Positions 33,006-44,751 of a stretch of DNA of 64,000 bases are shown here, piece by piece. The stretch lies in the NCBI GenBank assembly GCA_004764695.1, contig SMSO01000037.1, positions 3,138,747 to 3,202,746 on the forward strand, read 5' to 3'. Below the pieces are notes generated by a model, which saw nothing but the letters and a program-made list of their open reading frames with translations, had not been told where the DNA came from and ran no database searches. The DNA is from Schizochytrium sp. TIO01. Its lineage: Eukaryota; Protista; Bigyra: Labyrinthulomycetes. Position numbers and translations under genes: made by a program. Every line of letters begins with the position of its first letter. Position 1 is the first letter of the stretch.

Positions 33006-35148
33006 ATGAGCTGCTCTCATGATAGTGGCGGAAACGTTAGTGTGCTCAAATTGTTAATTTTCATGTTATACCTGAAACTAATTCATGTTGTCTTAGATTG
33101 GTTTTCTGTGCCTGCGGGTCTTGTCATAGTTTTGTTATTATCTTCATGTTATATCTGAAACCGAATAATGTTGTCTTACTTATTTTCTAGGGCTCATGGT
33201 GGCAAGATGTAAGTATGACCTCGAAATGCGTGTATAATTACCATAGGCAAATGGAAGATCATCAATTGATGTTACCTGTATCTCTTGAGAGTTCTGTAGG
33301 TGAAACGTGTGCTGTGCATACCTTAAATCGATCTAAGAAAAGAAAAAAATGAAACGAATTCTCAACCTCAAGATTTACTTCGTGACTGCACGAACTCCTT
33401 CTGGTATTGTAATTTCTCCAAACATGCATGTCCTGAAAAATTTCATAAACTGTTCTTCTCTTCTTCTCTTTTTCACAGGCGACGTTTAGAGATCTCTCCT
33501 CCCGCCACATTCGCTCAGATTTATATCCTCAGCTTCCTTCAATAATTTGCATCACCTTCTCTACCTCCCCATACTATGCAAACGCCACATAGGTACGTGC
33601 GTAGGTCCCTTCCACTCCCCCTGCTCCTTCCTACCGGTCAATGCGTGCCTATTCCAGATCTCAAGAACATTAAGAACACTGAGAACGCCAGTCTCTTACT
33701 TTGATCTAACTGGACCCAGATTTTATGCTATAAGAGCGCCACTGAAAGAACGCCACGCGAAGAACGTCGAGAACGCCACGTCCGTTTAGTAGCCTAGTCG
33801 CTACTAGCACTGGCTACCCTTATCTGTACAGGCGTGCTAAGAACAGTATCTATTGTAGTGGACACCGCTATCATGGCTATTTATCTACTAAGAGTGCGTG
33901 TTTGCTTCTAATTTCAAAATAAGTTGAAAATTAAATGAAGTTAAAACTTAGTTGACTAGCTGCTCGCTTAGTTGTTGCAGTAGCAGCCACATCTACTGGA
34001 AGGCTAGAGCCTAGTAGTTGAATAGCCTGGCTAGTAAGCCAGCTAGTTAGATAGTTATTTATTTGAACTTACTACTTAGCAGAGAGTAAGTTAACTGTCG
34101 GCTGGCGGGGAGGGCACAAGTGGGCTATAAGCCTCCACAAGTGGAGTATAGAGGTGAGCAAGTGGGTTATAGGACAGGCGAAAGGGGGTTATAGGATAGG
34201 AAGTAGGTTATAGCGGAAGGACTGGGAGTATAGACGAAGAGAGAAAAAGAGAGAAGGGCAAGCAAGGCAAACAAACGAGGAGCAGAAAGAAGAAGAGGAG
34301 GCGAAGGCGGCGGCGAGAAGGCGGTCGCGAGCGGTGACTCTCTTCCGCACTCCGCGCAGACCGTCACGATTGGCGTGTCTGACTGCGCGTACCTCACGCG
34401 TGTTTCGGCTTGACCTGCATCGCTGCGCATCGGCGGCGAGTTGGCCAGACGAGCAGCTAGATTTTTGAAGCGAAGAAAAGAGAAAGAAAGAAAGAAAGAA
34501 GAAAAGAGGAGAAGAGGGAAGACGGGCGCCACGAAGAGAGCCTTGGCCGCTCTCGGGGCTGTCTCCTTCTTGGTCTGCTGCGTCTCTGCTCCCTTTTGAG
34601 CGCTTTCAGCGATCTTTCCCGCAGATTTCCGGTGAGACCGAGGCGGTCGGAAGCTTCGTTCGTCCTCGGCTCTTGAGAAAAAAGGTCCTTATTCCTATTG
34701 TTATTTCTCTCTCTCTTTCGTTCTTCTTTGTTTCTCATACTCCACTCCCTTCACTCGCAGTCTAGACTTGCGTGAGATCAGTGGATTTTCGTGAGGACCG
34801 ATCTTCAAGGACGACTGAAACGTCGTGGATCACATTAGGGTGTTGCTGCGGAATATTTGATACACTATCTATCTATTACCCCAGCGTCATCAGCGACGTA
34901 GATATCGACATTTCTGTCAAAATCGACCTTGGCGGACCACTCTTAAGATAGTTCAAGATAGACGAACATATTCACACAGACACACAGACACAGATACATC
35001 AGCTTTTCGTTGATTGATTGATTCTGATTCATCGACTGACGAATCGGTAAAGCTAAGCTAAACTAAGCTAAGCAAAATAAAACAATCAAGCAAGGTCAAA
35101 GCGATCAATTACGCTTCTCGAGTGGTGGGTGCTTCGGCCCGTTGACAG

Positions 35149-37320
35149 ATGGGAATGGATCCCGACTCGGAACCCGAGGAGGAGCTGTGCCCTATTTGCA
35201 TTGAGCCCTTAGATGAGGAAGGTGAGACAAAGGAGTTTCGCCCTTGCAAATGCGGGTATCGGCTATGCATGTTCTGCGTTCGTCGCATCCAGACCGAGTT
35301 CGACGGCCGGTGTCCTGGCTGCCGACGTGACTACAAAGAAGAAGAGTTCAGATTCGTTGACAAGCCAATTAGTGCCAGCGGCGCGGCGCGTAAACGCAAG
35401 AACAAACAGCTTCAGCAACACCAGCAGCGCCACGAGGTCTTGACGGCCAGCGGCTCAGCTGCTCACCACCACGCACAGCAGCAGCTTCAGCAGCAGCAAC
35501 AACAACTCCAGCTTCAGCTCCAACAACAGCAACTAAAGGCACAGCAGCAGCAGCAGCAGCAGCAGCAACAGCTCCTGCTCCAGCAACAACAACAACTTCT
35601 CCGCCAGCAGCAACAACAACAGCAACAGCAGCAGCAATTGGTGCACCAAGCTGGAGTCTTGGGCGTCAATGCACAGTCCGTCTCGAGCGGGGCTGCTGCA
35701 GTTGTGGCTGCTGCCGCAGACCCTCAGAACCGCAAGGACCTCGCGAATGTACGCGTGGTGCAGCGGAACCTGGTGTACTTAATCGGTCTGGCACCGAGCA
35801 TTGCCGCGGAGGAGACACTGCGGTCAAAGGAGTTCTTTGGGCAGTATGGCAAGATCATCAAGGTCGCGCTTAACCGTAACAGCGACCGCGGAGACCCTAG
35901 CTACAGCGCTTACATAACCTTTGCCAGGGAGCAGGACGCAACCTCCGCAATTAAGGCTGTCAATGGCTTCCCTGTGGACGGTCACGTGATCAAAGCATCC
36001 TATGGCACCACCAAGTACTGCAATTCTTTTCTTCGCGGCGTCTCCTGCAACAACCCTGACTGCCTCTACCTTCACAAGCTCGGGGACGTTGCGTCTTCCT
36101 TCACAAAAGAAGAGATGGCATCTGGAAACGGCAGCTTCCAGGATATGACCCAGGTCACCAACGAGTCTCTGCAGACGCCACCGCCGCCACCGCCGCCGCC
36201 GGGGGCGTCTACATCGACTGCTCCAGCGACGACAGCAACAGCAGCACCAACGACAGCCACAACAACGGCGGCAAAGATCGCAGCGGGAACGCCAGGAGGA
36301 GCCTGGGGGGCTCCCGCAGGCACCGGTGAAACGAACCCTATCCGCCACGGGGGATGGGCAGCAGCAGCGGCGGGACTTGCGTCTTCGTCGGCGGCCTCTG
36401 CCGCACAAGCAGCGGCAAATGCACCGTCAATGACGCTTCTGGAGCAATTGCATCCGAAGGGAGGCATTGTTAAGTCTGATAGACCGCTCGCAAGGTCCAC
36501 CTCGGCTCCTGGAAGTGCTAACGGGCTCGCAGAGGATACTGAGGAACAGCAGAAACTGGCAGCGGCGAAGAATGCCACAATTAAAAGACAGCAGTCGCAA
36601 AGCAATGTGGGCTCTGCGAGCAGTGCGAATGGAGCGAGCGAGACCGCGGATTCTAACGAAGACACGGCCTCTGCAGCAATCAATGCTGAGACTAATGATG
36701 CAGGAGAGTCCAGCGATGATAATGATGCGAAGAACGAAGTTTCCACGACCCAGGACTCAGAGACGAGTGTCGAAACGAACGCAAGAGTGGCAAGCCCCGT
36801 GCCAACATCGTCTAGCCCGGGGCCGAGTGGCACGGCCAACTCAACCACGCCGAGCACGACAACAAGCTCCAGCCCGGCGGTGGCGCCTTCAGGATCGGCA
36901 CCGAGTTCGAACGCAAGTAGCAACAGCAACAATAATATCAATATCAATAGCAACACTGCAACACCTAACGCAACAACGCCTAGCGAGACGGTGTTGAGTT
37001 TGCTTGCCACACTAGCTGGTATTGCCCTAGAAGAGTATAATTCTATGCACCCGAATCGCAAAGAGCCGCGCAAGCTCGCGCCTGGTGCCGAGCGGGAACA
37101 GCCGCCTCGGCCCCAGCCAGCTGCAGTCAGCGTGGATGTGATCCATGCTGAAGTGGAGAAGGCACGTGCACAAGTAGCACTGCAGGTTCTGCAACGCCAG
37201 CGGTATTTGGAATCGATTGCAGCAAGCTCGAAGTTGGGCCATGCAGGTATGGCAGCAGACCCTAACACTGGTTTTCGCGGAGATGGCAATGGAGCCGCCC
37301 CTGTGGCGTCCCACCCTTGA
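35149..37320 (+). CDS. CNOT4: CCR4-NOT subunit 4 (Not4/Mot2) E3 ligase
   Basis: C4C4 RING CPIC...FRPCKCGYRLCMFC...CPGCRRDY; LANVRVVQRNLVYLIGL RRM; GTTKYCNSFLRGVSCNNPDCLYLH zinc finger. Confidence 0.95.
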   Translation: MGMDPDSEPEEELCPICIEPLDEEGETKEFRPCKCGYRLCMFCVRRIQTEFDGRCPGCRRDYKEEEFRFVDKPISASGAARKRKNKQLQQHQQRHEVLTASGSAAHHHAQQQLQQQQQQLQLQLQQQQLKAQQQQQQQQQQLLLQQQQQLLRQQQQQQQQQQQLVHQAGVLGVNAQSVSSGAAAVVAAAADPQNRKDLANVRVVQRNLVYLIGLAPSIAAEETLRSKEFFGQYGKIIKVALNRNSDRGDPSYSAYITFAREQDATSAIKAVNGFPVDGHVIKASYGTTKYCNSFLRGVSCNNPDCLYLHKLGDVASSFTKEEMASGNGSFQDMTQVTNESLQTPPPPPPPPGASTSTAPATTATAAPTTATTTAAKIAAGTPGGAWGAPAGTGETNPIRHGGWAAAAAGLASSSAASAAQAAANAPSMTLLEQLHPKGGIVKSDRPLARSTSAPGSANGLAEDTEEQQKLAAAKNATIKRQQSQSNVGSASSANGASETADSNEDTASAAINAETNDAGESSDDNDAKNEVSTTQDSETSVETNARVASPVPTSSSPGPSGTANSTTPSTTTSSSPAVAPSGSAPSSNASSNSNNNININSNTATPNATTPSETVLSLLATLAGIALEEYNSMHPNRKEPRKLAPGAEREQPPRPQPAAVSVDVIHAEVEKARAQVALQVLQRQRYLESIAASSKLGHAGMAADPNTGFRGDGNGAAPVASHP
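35476..35637 (+). repeat. CAG/CAA polyglutamine tract inside CNOT4
   Basis: Interrupted (CAG/CAA)n between the RING and the RRM. Confidence 0.9.
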
Positions 37321-38055
37321 CGAAGAAGACAAGCATTTCACATCTCATCACACATTAACTTCTACTTTCACCCTATAACGAAACAAACTCTCAGACTTTC
37401 ACACACTTAAAATATTTTGTTTTGTTTTTGGTACAATACCTAATTCAACCTATCTATCTTCATCACCCTGACTAACAGTGCCCTCTTCATATAGAGCCTT
37501 ACTATAATTGCCAAGTATAAGGATGGTATCTTCCCACGTACACGTTCTGCAGGCAAGTTGTTGTTTTAATCTGTAGAAATTTTGGCGTCTCCCCTCTTGT
37601 CACGAGACGGCAATTAGTTAAAAGACACCATCAAGACAAAGATTACCCAGCACGACGTGTTGTTGGACACACAGGCCATTCTTCTCCTTCTGCTCTTGCT
37701 TGTTCCAGAATGCACTCAAGGATTGCTCGCGTCAAAACCCAGCCAAGTATCTGCTACACAAACAAAAATGTCAAGGATCATCAGAAGGAGGACGAAAGTA
37801 CACAAACAGGTATGAGCAGCTAAATTACGATAAAGAACTACGAAATCATATAAAGAAAGGATCATTCAAGTAGGAGGTCGACACGAAATACTTGTGATGG
37901 AAATAATACGAGGCACGTTTGTTTTGATTCGAAATCATCAGAAGAAAAGTTGGTGGTCCGGGGGGTTGTGATCCGGACACCACAGAAACAGCTGAGTGTG
38001 GCCGTGCACTAGGCTCACACATAAACATACATCAGGATGGTTCTAGTTCATATGG

Positions 38056-38729
38056 TCATGGGCGTCTCTCCAAAAGTCGTGCGTGCGGGTTAGTGGGGCG
38101 CGCCGGCACGTTTGAGTTTGTTGAGTCCATTTCAAAGCTCATCTTAAATACGTTCGCCAACTCAGCCTCAATTTCTTCCATATCTGATGGCAGATCAAAG
38201 AACATCATGGGCTCATGTGAGTCAACGTACTTTGGGGACGGTGCTTGGACAAATCGTGCGTGGTGGTCGTGAAGGTGCATATGTCCCTCCAAAGACGTCG
38301 GCAAGGATGAAGAGAGCATATTCCTTACTATAGATCTCTGTACTTCAGCTTCTTCGAGCACTACTTAGTAGAATCTCTTCTTTAGCTTCTGCAGTCTTTT
38401 GCCCAAGCTCACAGAGGTCTTTTATAGACAGAGTCTCCGGTCCTTCAGTTGCGTCTGCCTACCTGAGGCGCTTTGAGCAATCCAGCCAACACAATTCCCA
38501 AAACCCACAGCAAGTAAGACTTCCTCGTGTATTGCACAAAGCTTTGCCTTTGGCTGTTGTCACAACACTCCTCCTCCTCCTCCTCCTTCTTCTTCTTCTT
38601 CTTCTTCTTCTTCTCCGTGCTCAATGCTTGCTCGTCCAAGCAGTCAATGGTCACTGGATGAGTCAATTCTGGGTTTGCTGAGTCTCCAATGCTCCAATGA
38701 TGCTCGTGTGGCGGCTCGCTGACCTCCAA
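38056..38729 (-). pseudogene. Possible frameshifted or spliced gene remnant with a (GAA)n(GAG)n tract
   Basis: Two adjacent protein-like ORFs (38445..38729 and 38056..38361) in different frames; poly-K/poly-E microsatellite at ~38567-38614. No family recognised. Confidence 0.3.
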
Positions 38730-39198
38730 CTTGGGGCTCTGCTTTCTTCCAACTTCGCCTTCACTTGACTAATAAGTTGAACATTGTCTTTTCTTTTCTT
38801 TTCTCACCCACATATTATTGGGGCAAATAGGTCCCGCATAGAACCTACCTAGTACTTTCATGTACTCTATTTAGCATGAAAAGAACTCTGTCTATGGAAA
38901 TGGCTATCGGGCATTTTGCTCAATCAACTTCTGAAAACCTACCTTGCAAGACAAAACGCCTGCTATTTGGCAGCTGCCCGGGTGAATGGGCTCGCTTGAA
39001 GAGTCCTTACACGATGTCGATGCGGTCATCTCTGAGCAAACACTGAGTTTTCATTTCCACCATCATCCATGTCTCTCGGTGGCTACTTATCTTCAGACTA
39101 GAATTTTAAAGGAAAGAATAGAGTTTTTATTTAATATATATATATATGCCTATTTATACCTCTAGAGAGGTATATTTATATATTCTTTTAAAATACGA

Positions 39199-39923
39199 TT
39201 AATTGCCTTCTAGGTTGGCTGGATGCCTGGCGTCGATGATTTCTGCTTCATCATCATAAGCGTTGTTCTCGTGAGTCACTTCTAGCAGATGCGATGGAAA
39301 GCACTTAAGTGCCAGCCACTCCCCGCAATGAATCGCGCAAAGATGCCGTCAACGACCTTGGTGCGGGTTGTTTTGCAGTCCTCAAGCATTAAATTTGCAG
39401 TCCTGGCAATTAAAACAGAATCCGATGAAATGCTGCTACGACTACTTTTTATAAATTCTTGTCTTGGAACTACCTTTTCCTTCTAACGCTGTGCTCAATG
39501 GACGATGGATGGTGCATTGACGACGACGAATCGATGACGATGAATTGGCTTCAGTAGGCTTATTACAGTGATGGTGGTGGCAATGAAGATGCTACGCTCC
39601 CAGCACATCTTAAAACGCGGCTGGTCAAGTCTTCTGCCTTTGAATTAATGGTCCCAAAGCGACGCGGGAAATCAGCGCCGAGTCGCTCCGAGCAAGCGCA
39701 AGAGCTCAGCAAACAATTGAGCAACACATCAATTGTATAGGGTATGCATAGATCTACGCATTCTTTTATGGCGTGAATTTACTGCTTCTAAAAGAAAACT
39801 TGAAAAAGCGCATTCGCGAATCACAATGAACACGCTCCAAGGGTGAAGACCTCGGATGATGCACCAGGGGCACAGACCACACGGTCCATGTGCTACCTGA
39901 TTCCTATATCTTCTCCGATACAA
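39199..39923 (-). pseudogene. Degraded coding remnant of unknown family at the left edge of the island
   Basis: Protein-like segments broken by stops and frameshifts (FKGRRLDQPRFKMCWERSIF; VVDGIFARFIAG; LLEVTHENNAYDDEAEIIDARHPANLEGN*), followed by an AT-rich palindrome. Confidence 0.3.
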
Positions 39924-41696
39924 TCAGCCCTCAGGCCCCGGTCTTCGTGATCTTTCGAACGAGACTCGCGCGTCGTCGAGTTCTCACCCTTTTCATAATT
40001 TCTCTCATCACCATTCTTGCTTCGTGTTCAGACGCCCACTAAATAGTCACTACCGCCGCGCGCCACCTATTCTATCTTACCAGACTGCAGATATTGACCG
40101 GATTAACAAGAATGCAATGAAATGTGTCTGCTGACTTATCCACCATATGTGTCGCACTTTGCAACCCATTATAAAACTCAAACAAAGGAATAGTGAACTA
40201 AAATACAAATAACACCTGGTCCATTGATATTGGCAATGTCCGCACTCGGTGTGCGCGCGTACATGTACAGAGAACAGAAAGAACAGTTCGGCGCCAACTC
40301 GAGTTTATTGGCATTTGTCAAGTTTCCATGGGGTTGAGGGATAAAGCAGACAAACAACTTGCAAAAGACAACTGAGTGCTTGGGTATTGGTAGCCGTCTG
40401 CTGCGCATTTAAAACTCTCAACTCACTGGTAATCGATAGTTTTAGAGTGAAGTTAATCGTGTCTTGAAATTGATGATGGCCTGTTCTTTCCAAGTTTGAG
40501 TTGAACTCCCCTAAAATTAAAAAACTTCTAAAGTTGTTACGAATTAACCAATAAAAACAAAGGAAAGAAAGAAAGAAAAAATGTTTTAGTTGAGCGCGGC
40601 ATTTGGTAAGAAAAGGGACCGCAAGAAGGAGGTCAAATGATGACTTGATAAGAGCAGGAATTGAGTCCACAACCTGAATAAATGCAAGATCAAAGTCCAT
40701 CTTCGCATAGGACAGGGTCTCGCGCGGAACGGGGCCTGGGCTGACAAATTTCATGTTCGAAATCATTTCGCCCGACGTGCTGGGAGGGAAAGGTGAACTC
40801 GAATAACCAGATGCCGGCTGGGGAAGAAACGGACGACCAGTGATGGCATGAGCTGGGGCAGGCGAAGGCGAATGGATGGTCACCTAGAAGGTCTTCGATG
40901 AAATCACTCTTGTAATTATTTTGACAATACTCTTTGACAAGTGCATAGTGCACGTGGTGGTACCAGTGGTGCTATAATTCACGTCTCATGACAATGGCGA
41001 TGACATTGAGTGTTTATGATGTCACTGGAAAGAACTAGGAATCAATGTTATTGTTCCATTTGACTCACCAAGACCCTGCCTGTGTTCCCCAGCAACCAAT
41101 GCCGGGACGCCCTGCGAGCACGCTAAAGGTGGTGAGACAGAGAAGCTTTATGTTATTAGAGATTAATTGCAGAGTTACTAAAAACATGCTTCTTCATACT
41201 CTTTCCTATAAAGCGTGGTCAAAATCCAAGACCCGGTACAACTGTGCATGATTATAATATAGCAGTAAACGCCCTCTTTCGCAGTCCATCTGGCCGCCGC
41301 ACTTGGATTATTTCCAGCTCCTTCATGAGTAATTTCGGAGACAACCCTAAGACCCTAAGATCCTTTAGCAGCGGACACGACTGAGCTTGGTATGTTTTAT
41401 TTTCAGGATTCTGAAGTTGATATCATAGTGTAAATTTCGGGCAATACCTTGTCCCTTGGTTCATACATTTAGGCTCTAGAAGCAGCAATAATCACACCAC
41501 TACGACATCAAAGTAGCAGACTTCCTTGTCTCAAACTTACAGGTAAAAATCACCCTTCAAAAAGAAAAGAATACAAAACGTCAATAGGTATGTATGCAGG
41601 GAAGCAGGAAAGAATTCAACAAGCCAAGGATTGGAGACATTTTGGCCAGTGAAATCGATGATATCATATTATTCTATATGAGCTAGTAGGACCATC

Positions 41697-42065
41697 ATGA
41701 AACGATGGCGAGCAGAAATGTCCAGCAATGATATGTTCCCGGGCAGCAACAGGACTCAGCTCAGGATCGCCGACGTGCCTTCTTCCGATGTCTATATTTG
41801 CCGCGACCAGATCAGTCCCTATATCATGGACGATCATAATCTTCTCCGAGCTTTTGTGCGCAAGAGAACGTCTCCCGATGAAGTTGTGTACCAATTCACA
41901 CCAGGTCAGCGATTACTACTGACGAGGCATGACACCAAGACAAAGGAACAATTTATAGGCATGTTTGAAATTGTACAGGCCACCTACGACCTGAGCCCAG
42001 CCACGATGAAGCTCAAGCGGGACGTGGTTGATCTCATTCTAAAACCTCTACCCCCAATTAAGTAG
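41697..42065 (+). CDS. Hypothetical protein (122 aa), convergent with the Fic gene; possibly the 3' part of a longer decayed gene
   Basis: Globular-looking ORF ending 22 bp from the Fic stop across a T/A-rich spacer. Confidence 0.5.
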   Translation: MKRWRAEMSSNDMFPGSNRTQLRIADVPSSDVYICRDQISPYIMDDHNLLRAFVRKRTSPDEVVYQFTPGQRLLLTRHDTKTKEQFIGMFEIVQATYDLSPATMKLKRDVVDLILKPLPPIK

Positions 42066-42087
42066 ACTTTTTAAATTAAAAAAAACG

Positions 42088-42738
42088 TTAGTAAGCCAAT
42101 TCTAATGCATTTGTTTCCAGAGAAGCTTTGACATACTCTAGAAAGATAGGAATGTGGCGACTTGTCCTCTTGCGTTCTTGTTGAAGCGTCACTAAGTAAA
42201 GGCGTTTGGGGAAAAGTTGCAAGTTGGCATGGCATGCGAGGTCGTCGGGTGAAAACTTGAGCAAGTAAGGGTGAATCAAATCAGTGCATGGTGGCGCCAG
42301 GCCGCTGTGTTCGAGGATCCAGGCGAAGAGCACTCGCACAGTCCTGCCATTACCATTGGCGAAGGGATGAATGTCGAGGAATGTAGCATAAAACCTAGTG
42401 ATGCTCTCGATGGACCACATGTCTAGTTCTCGAACCAATCTTTCAATCTTGGCGTGGATTTCGTGTGGCAAACAATAAACAATAATATCCTTCGAAAGTT
42501 CACCTTGAGAAGTAAGCCTTCTAGTAAAGGCTACTTGAGTCCTAAATTTATTATTATTATGCTGAGAAGTTAAAACTTTTCCGTTGATCGTTTGGATAAA
42601 CTCGATCGTTAAGCCACCGCGATGCAACCGCGCGAAGTCTAACGCTACTCCCAATGCTTCGGCCTTCGCCGGGGTTGGGTGTGAGGACTCCATATTTAAT
42701 GCACTCGCGACGAAGCGAGCGCGCAAGTACTCACACAT
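42088..42738 (-). CDS. Fic/Doc (Fido) domain protein
   Basis: FLDIHPFANGNGRTVRVL matches HxFx(D/E)GNGRxxR with Asn at the acidic position; upstream FRTQVAF flap-like segment. Confidence 0.88.
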   Translation of the reverse strand: MCEYLRARFVASALNMESSHPTPAKAEALGVALDFARLHRGGLTIEFIQTINGKVLTSQHNNNKFRTQVAFTRRLTSQGELSKDIIVYCLPHEIHAKIERLVRELDMWSIESITRFYATFLDIHPFANGNGRTVRVLFAWILEHSGLAPPCTDLIHPYLLKFSPDDLACHANLQLFPKRLYLVTLQQERKRTSRHIPIFLEYVKASLETNALELAY

Positions 42739-42901
42739 GCTTTACGTAGCAAATTTTTTTTTTTCGCGTTTAATAGTTAGCTTTGCTTCTTTGCGCACTT
42801 CATTCACCATTCAATCCTAATACATATTTATTAATATGCTAAATAAAAATCTGTATATTCCTTGATCTTCTCTCCCGGTTTAAGAATTTGATGGAACCAT
42901 T

Positions 42902-44515
42902 CTAGTATTTTTTTTGGCGAACATCTGGTCCCGACAACCTTGTGTCTACTTTATGGTTTTGCCTAAAGTGCTTGATGATAATATTTTTCGATTTATAATG
43001 TCTTCCACAGAAATCGCACAGAAATATTGGGTCCCCACCCTCCGGGTTGTATTTCAATATATCAATATAATCAAGAACCACCCTAGTCACAAGTGACGGG
43101 TCAATGGGAAAGTTCACAATCTTAAATTTAACCGGCAACATAATTTCTGTGTAGAGTTTGACCTTGTCTCCTGTTTTCAGAAATTGACGGCGCCACTCCA
43201 GCAGTTTTTGGCGGTTATCTTGGTCAGCCCTTTTAGCAGCATTATGGTTTAACTCAATGTGTTCTGTGATATCGTATTTACTTTTAAATATACTTCCGCA
43301 GAAATCACACAGAAATAATGGTTTCCCATCCACCGGGTTGTATACCAATATGTCAATATTATCACCAACCGTTCTAGTCACAAGTGACGGGTCAGCGCGA
43401 AAGTTTGGAAACGTATTCCGAATCGGCAATTTGATATCTGCATAGAGTTTGGGTTTCTTCCCTAGTTTAACAAATTTACTGCGCCATTCCAGTAGTTGTT
43501 GGCGACGCTCTTGGTCAGATAAACGCTTGTGTAGTTTATGTGCGTATTTAATATGCCTGTCAATACTCGCTTTCAATTGATAATGTCTTCCACAGAAATC
43601 GCACAGAAATATTGGGTCCCCACCCACCGGGTTGTATACCAATATGTCAATATTATCACCAACCTCCCTAGTCACAAGTGACGGGTCAATGGGAAAGTTT
43701 GAAAACTTATTCTTATCCGGCAACATAATTTCTGCATAGAGTTTGACCTTCTCGTTTGGTTTAACAAATTGTCTGCGCCACTCCAGTAGTTGTTGGCGAC
43801 GGTCTTGGTCAAGCAACCTTTTCAATCCTCCATGTATGTTTTCAATATGACTGACCAAATTATATTTATCTTGGTAATTTTTTCCACAGAAATCACACAG
43901 AAATAATGGTTTCTCGCCCTTCGGTTGGTATTTCAAGATGTCAATATCATCACGAACCACTCTAGTCACATATCCCGTGTCAGTGATAGAGATTGTTGGG
44001 TAGTTATATTTACCCAGCAACTCAAATTCGTTATAGAGTTTGAGCTTCTCTTCTGGTTTAACAAATTTACTGCGCCATTCCAGTAGTTGTTGGCGTTTTT
44101 CTGCATCTGAATATTCTGCTGCTGCTGGTGATAATGATGCTTTGGGATACTGCGACAAAGCTGTTTCGTTACCGTCTTCCCAATCCATCGCATCAAACCC
44201 CTCTAGAGTATGTAAAGAATCATTATCTTCCCAATCTACCTCACCAACCCCCTCTAGGGTATGTACAGAATAATCATCTACCCAATCAACACTTGCTGGT
44301 AAATTTAGGTTGGATGAGCTTTGTTCCATTTCTGTTGGTGACCCAAAATCCCACGTGAGTTGATCATTATCCACACGCGGCCCCACTCCACTGTTCGGTG
44401 TTGGCTTGTCACCAAAAGCATTACTTACATCAAAATCCTCCTCAACAGAACTAGCATCACTGCCGTCCAAGGAGTGTTTCCGTTTCTGACCAGTAAGTTG
44501 CTCCAAGAATGTCAT
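42902..44515 (-). CDS. Modular C2H2 zinc-finger repeat protein, paralog 1 (4 modules)
   Basis: KRKH NLS-like motif, acidic DW-rich region, four 97-99-aa modules each ending in C-x2-C-x12-H-x4-H. Confidence 0.85.
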   Translation of the reverse strand: MTFLEQLTGQKRKHSLDGSDASSVEEDFDVSNAFGDKPTPNSGVGPRVDNDQLTWDFGSPTEMEQSSSNLNLPASVDWVDDYSVHTLEGVGEVDWEDNDSLHTLEGFDAMDWEDGNETALSQYPKASLSPAAAEYSDAEKRQQLLEWRSKFVKPEEKLKLYNEFELLGKYNYPTISITDTGYVTRVVRDDIDILKYQPKGEKPLFLCDFCGKNYQDKYNLVSHIENIHGGLKRLLDQDRRQQLLEWRRQFVKPNEKVKLYAEIMLPDKNKFSNFPIDPSLVTREVGDNIDILVYNPVGGDPIFLCDFCGRHYQLKASIDRHIKYAHKLHKRLSDQERRQQLLEWRSKFVKLGKKPKLYADIKLPIRNTFPNFRADPSLVTRTVGDNIDILVYNPVDGKPLFLCDFCGSIFKSKYDITEHIELNHNAAKRADQDNRQKLLEWRRQFLKTGDKVKLYTEIMLPVKFKIVNFPIDPSLVTRVVLDYIDILKYNPEGGDPIFLCDFCGRHYKSKNIIIKHFRQNHKVDTRLSGPDVRQKKY

Positions 44516-44751
44516 TTTTTATCGTTTGTTAAATAAAACAAATACTATTTTGATTTATGATTTAAGCGAGCGCGCAAGTACTCGCACATGCTTTACGTAG
44601 CAATTTTTTTTTTTCGCGTTTAATAGTTAGCTTTGCTTGTTTGCGCACTTCATTCACCATTCAATCCTAATACATATTTATTAATATGATAAATAAAAAT
44701 CTGTATATTCCTTGATCTTCTCTCCCGGTTTAAGAATTTGATGGAACCATT

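Noticed and set aside
36072-37289. 405-aa minus-strand ORF (and 35824..36408)
   Set aside because: Antisense shadows of the GC-rich low-complexity CNOT4 coding sequence.
40178-41251. Short overlapping ORFs at 40.2-41.3 kb
   Set aside because: No recognisable motifs and inconsistent frames; may be decayed coding DNA but cannot be called.
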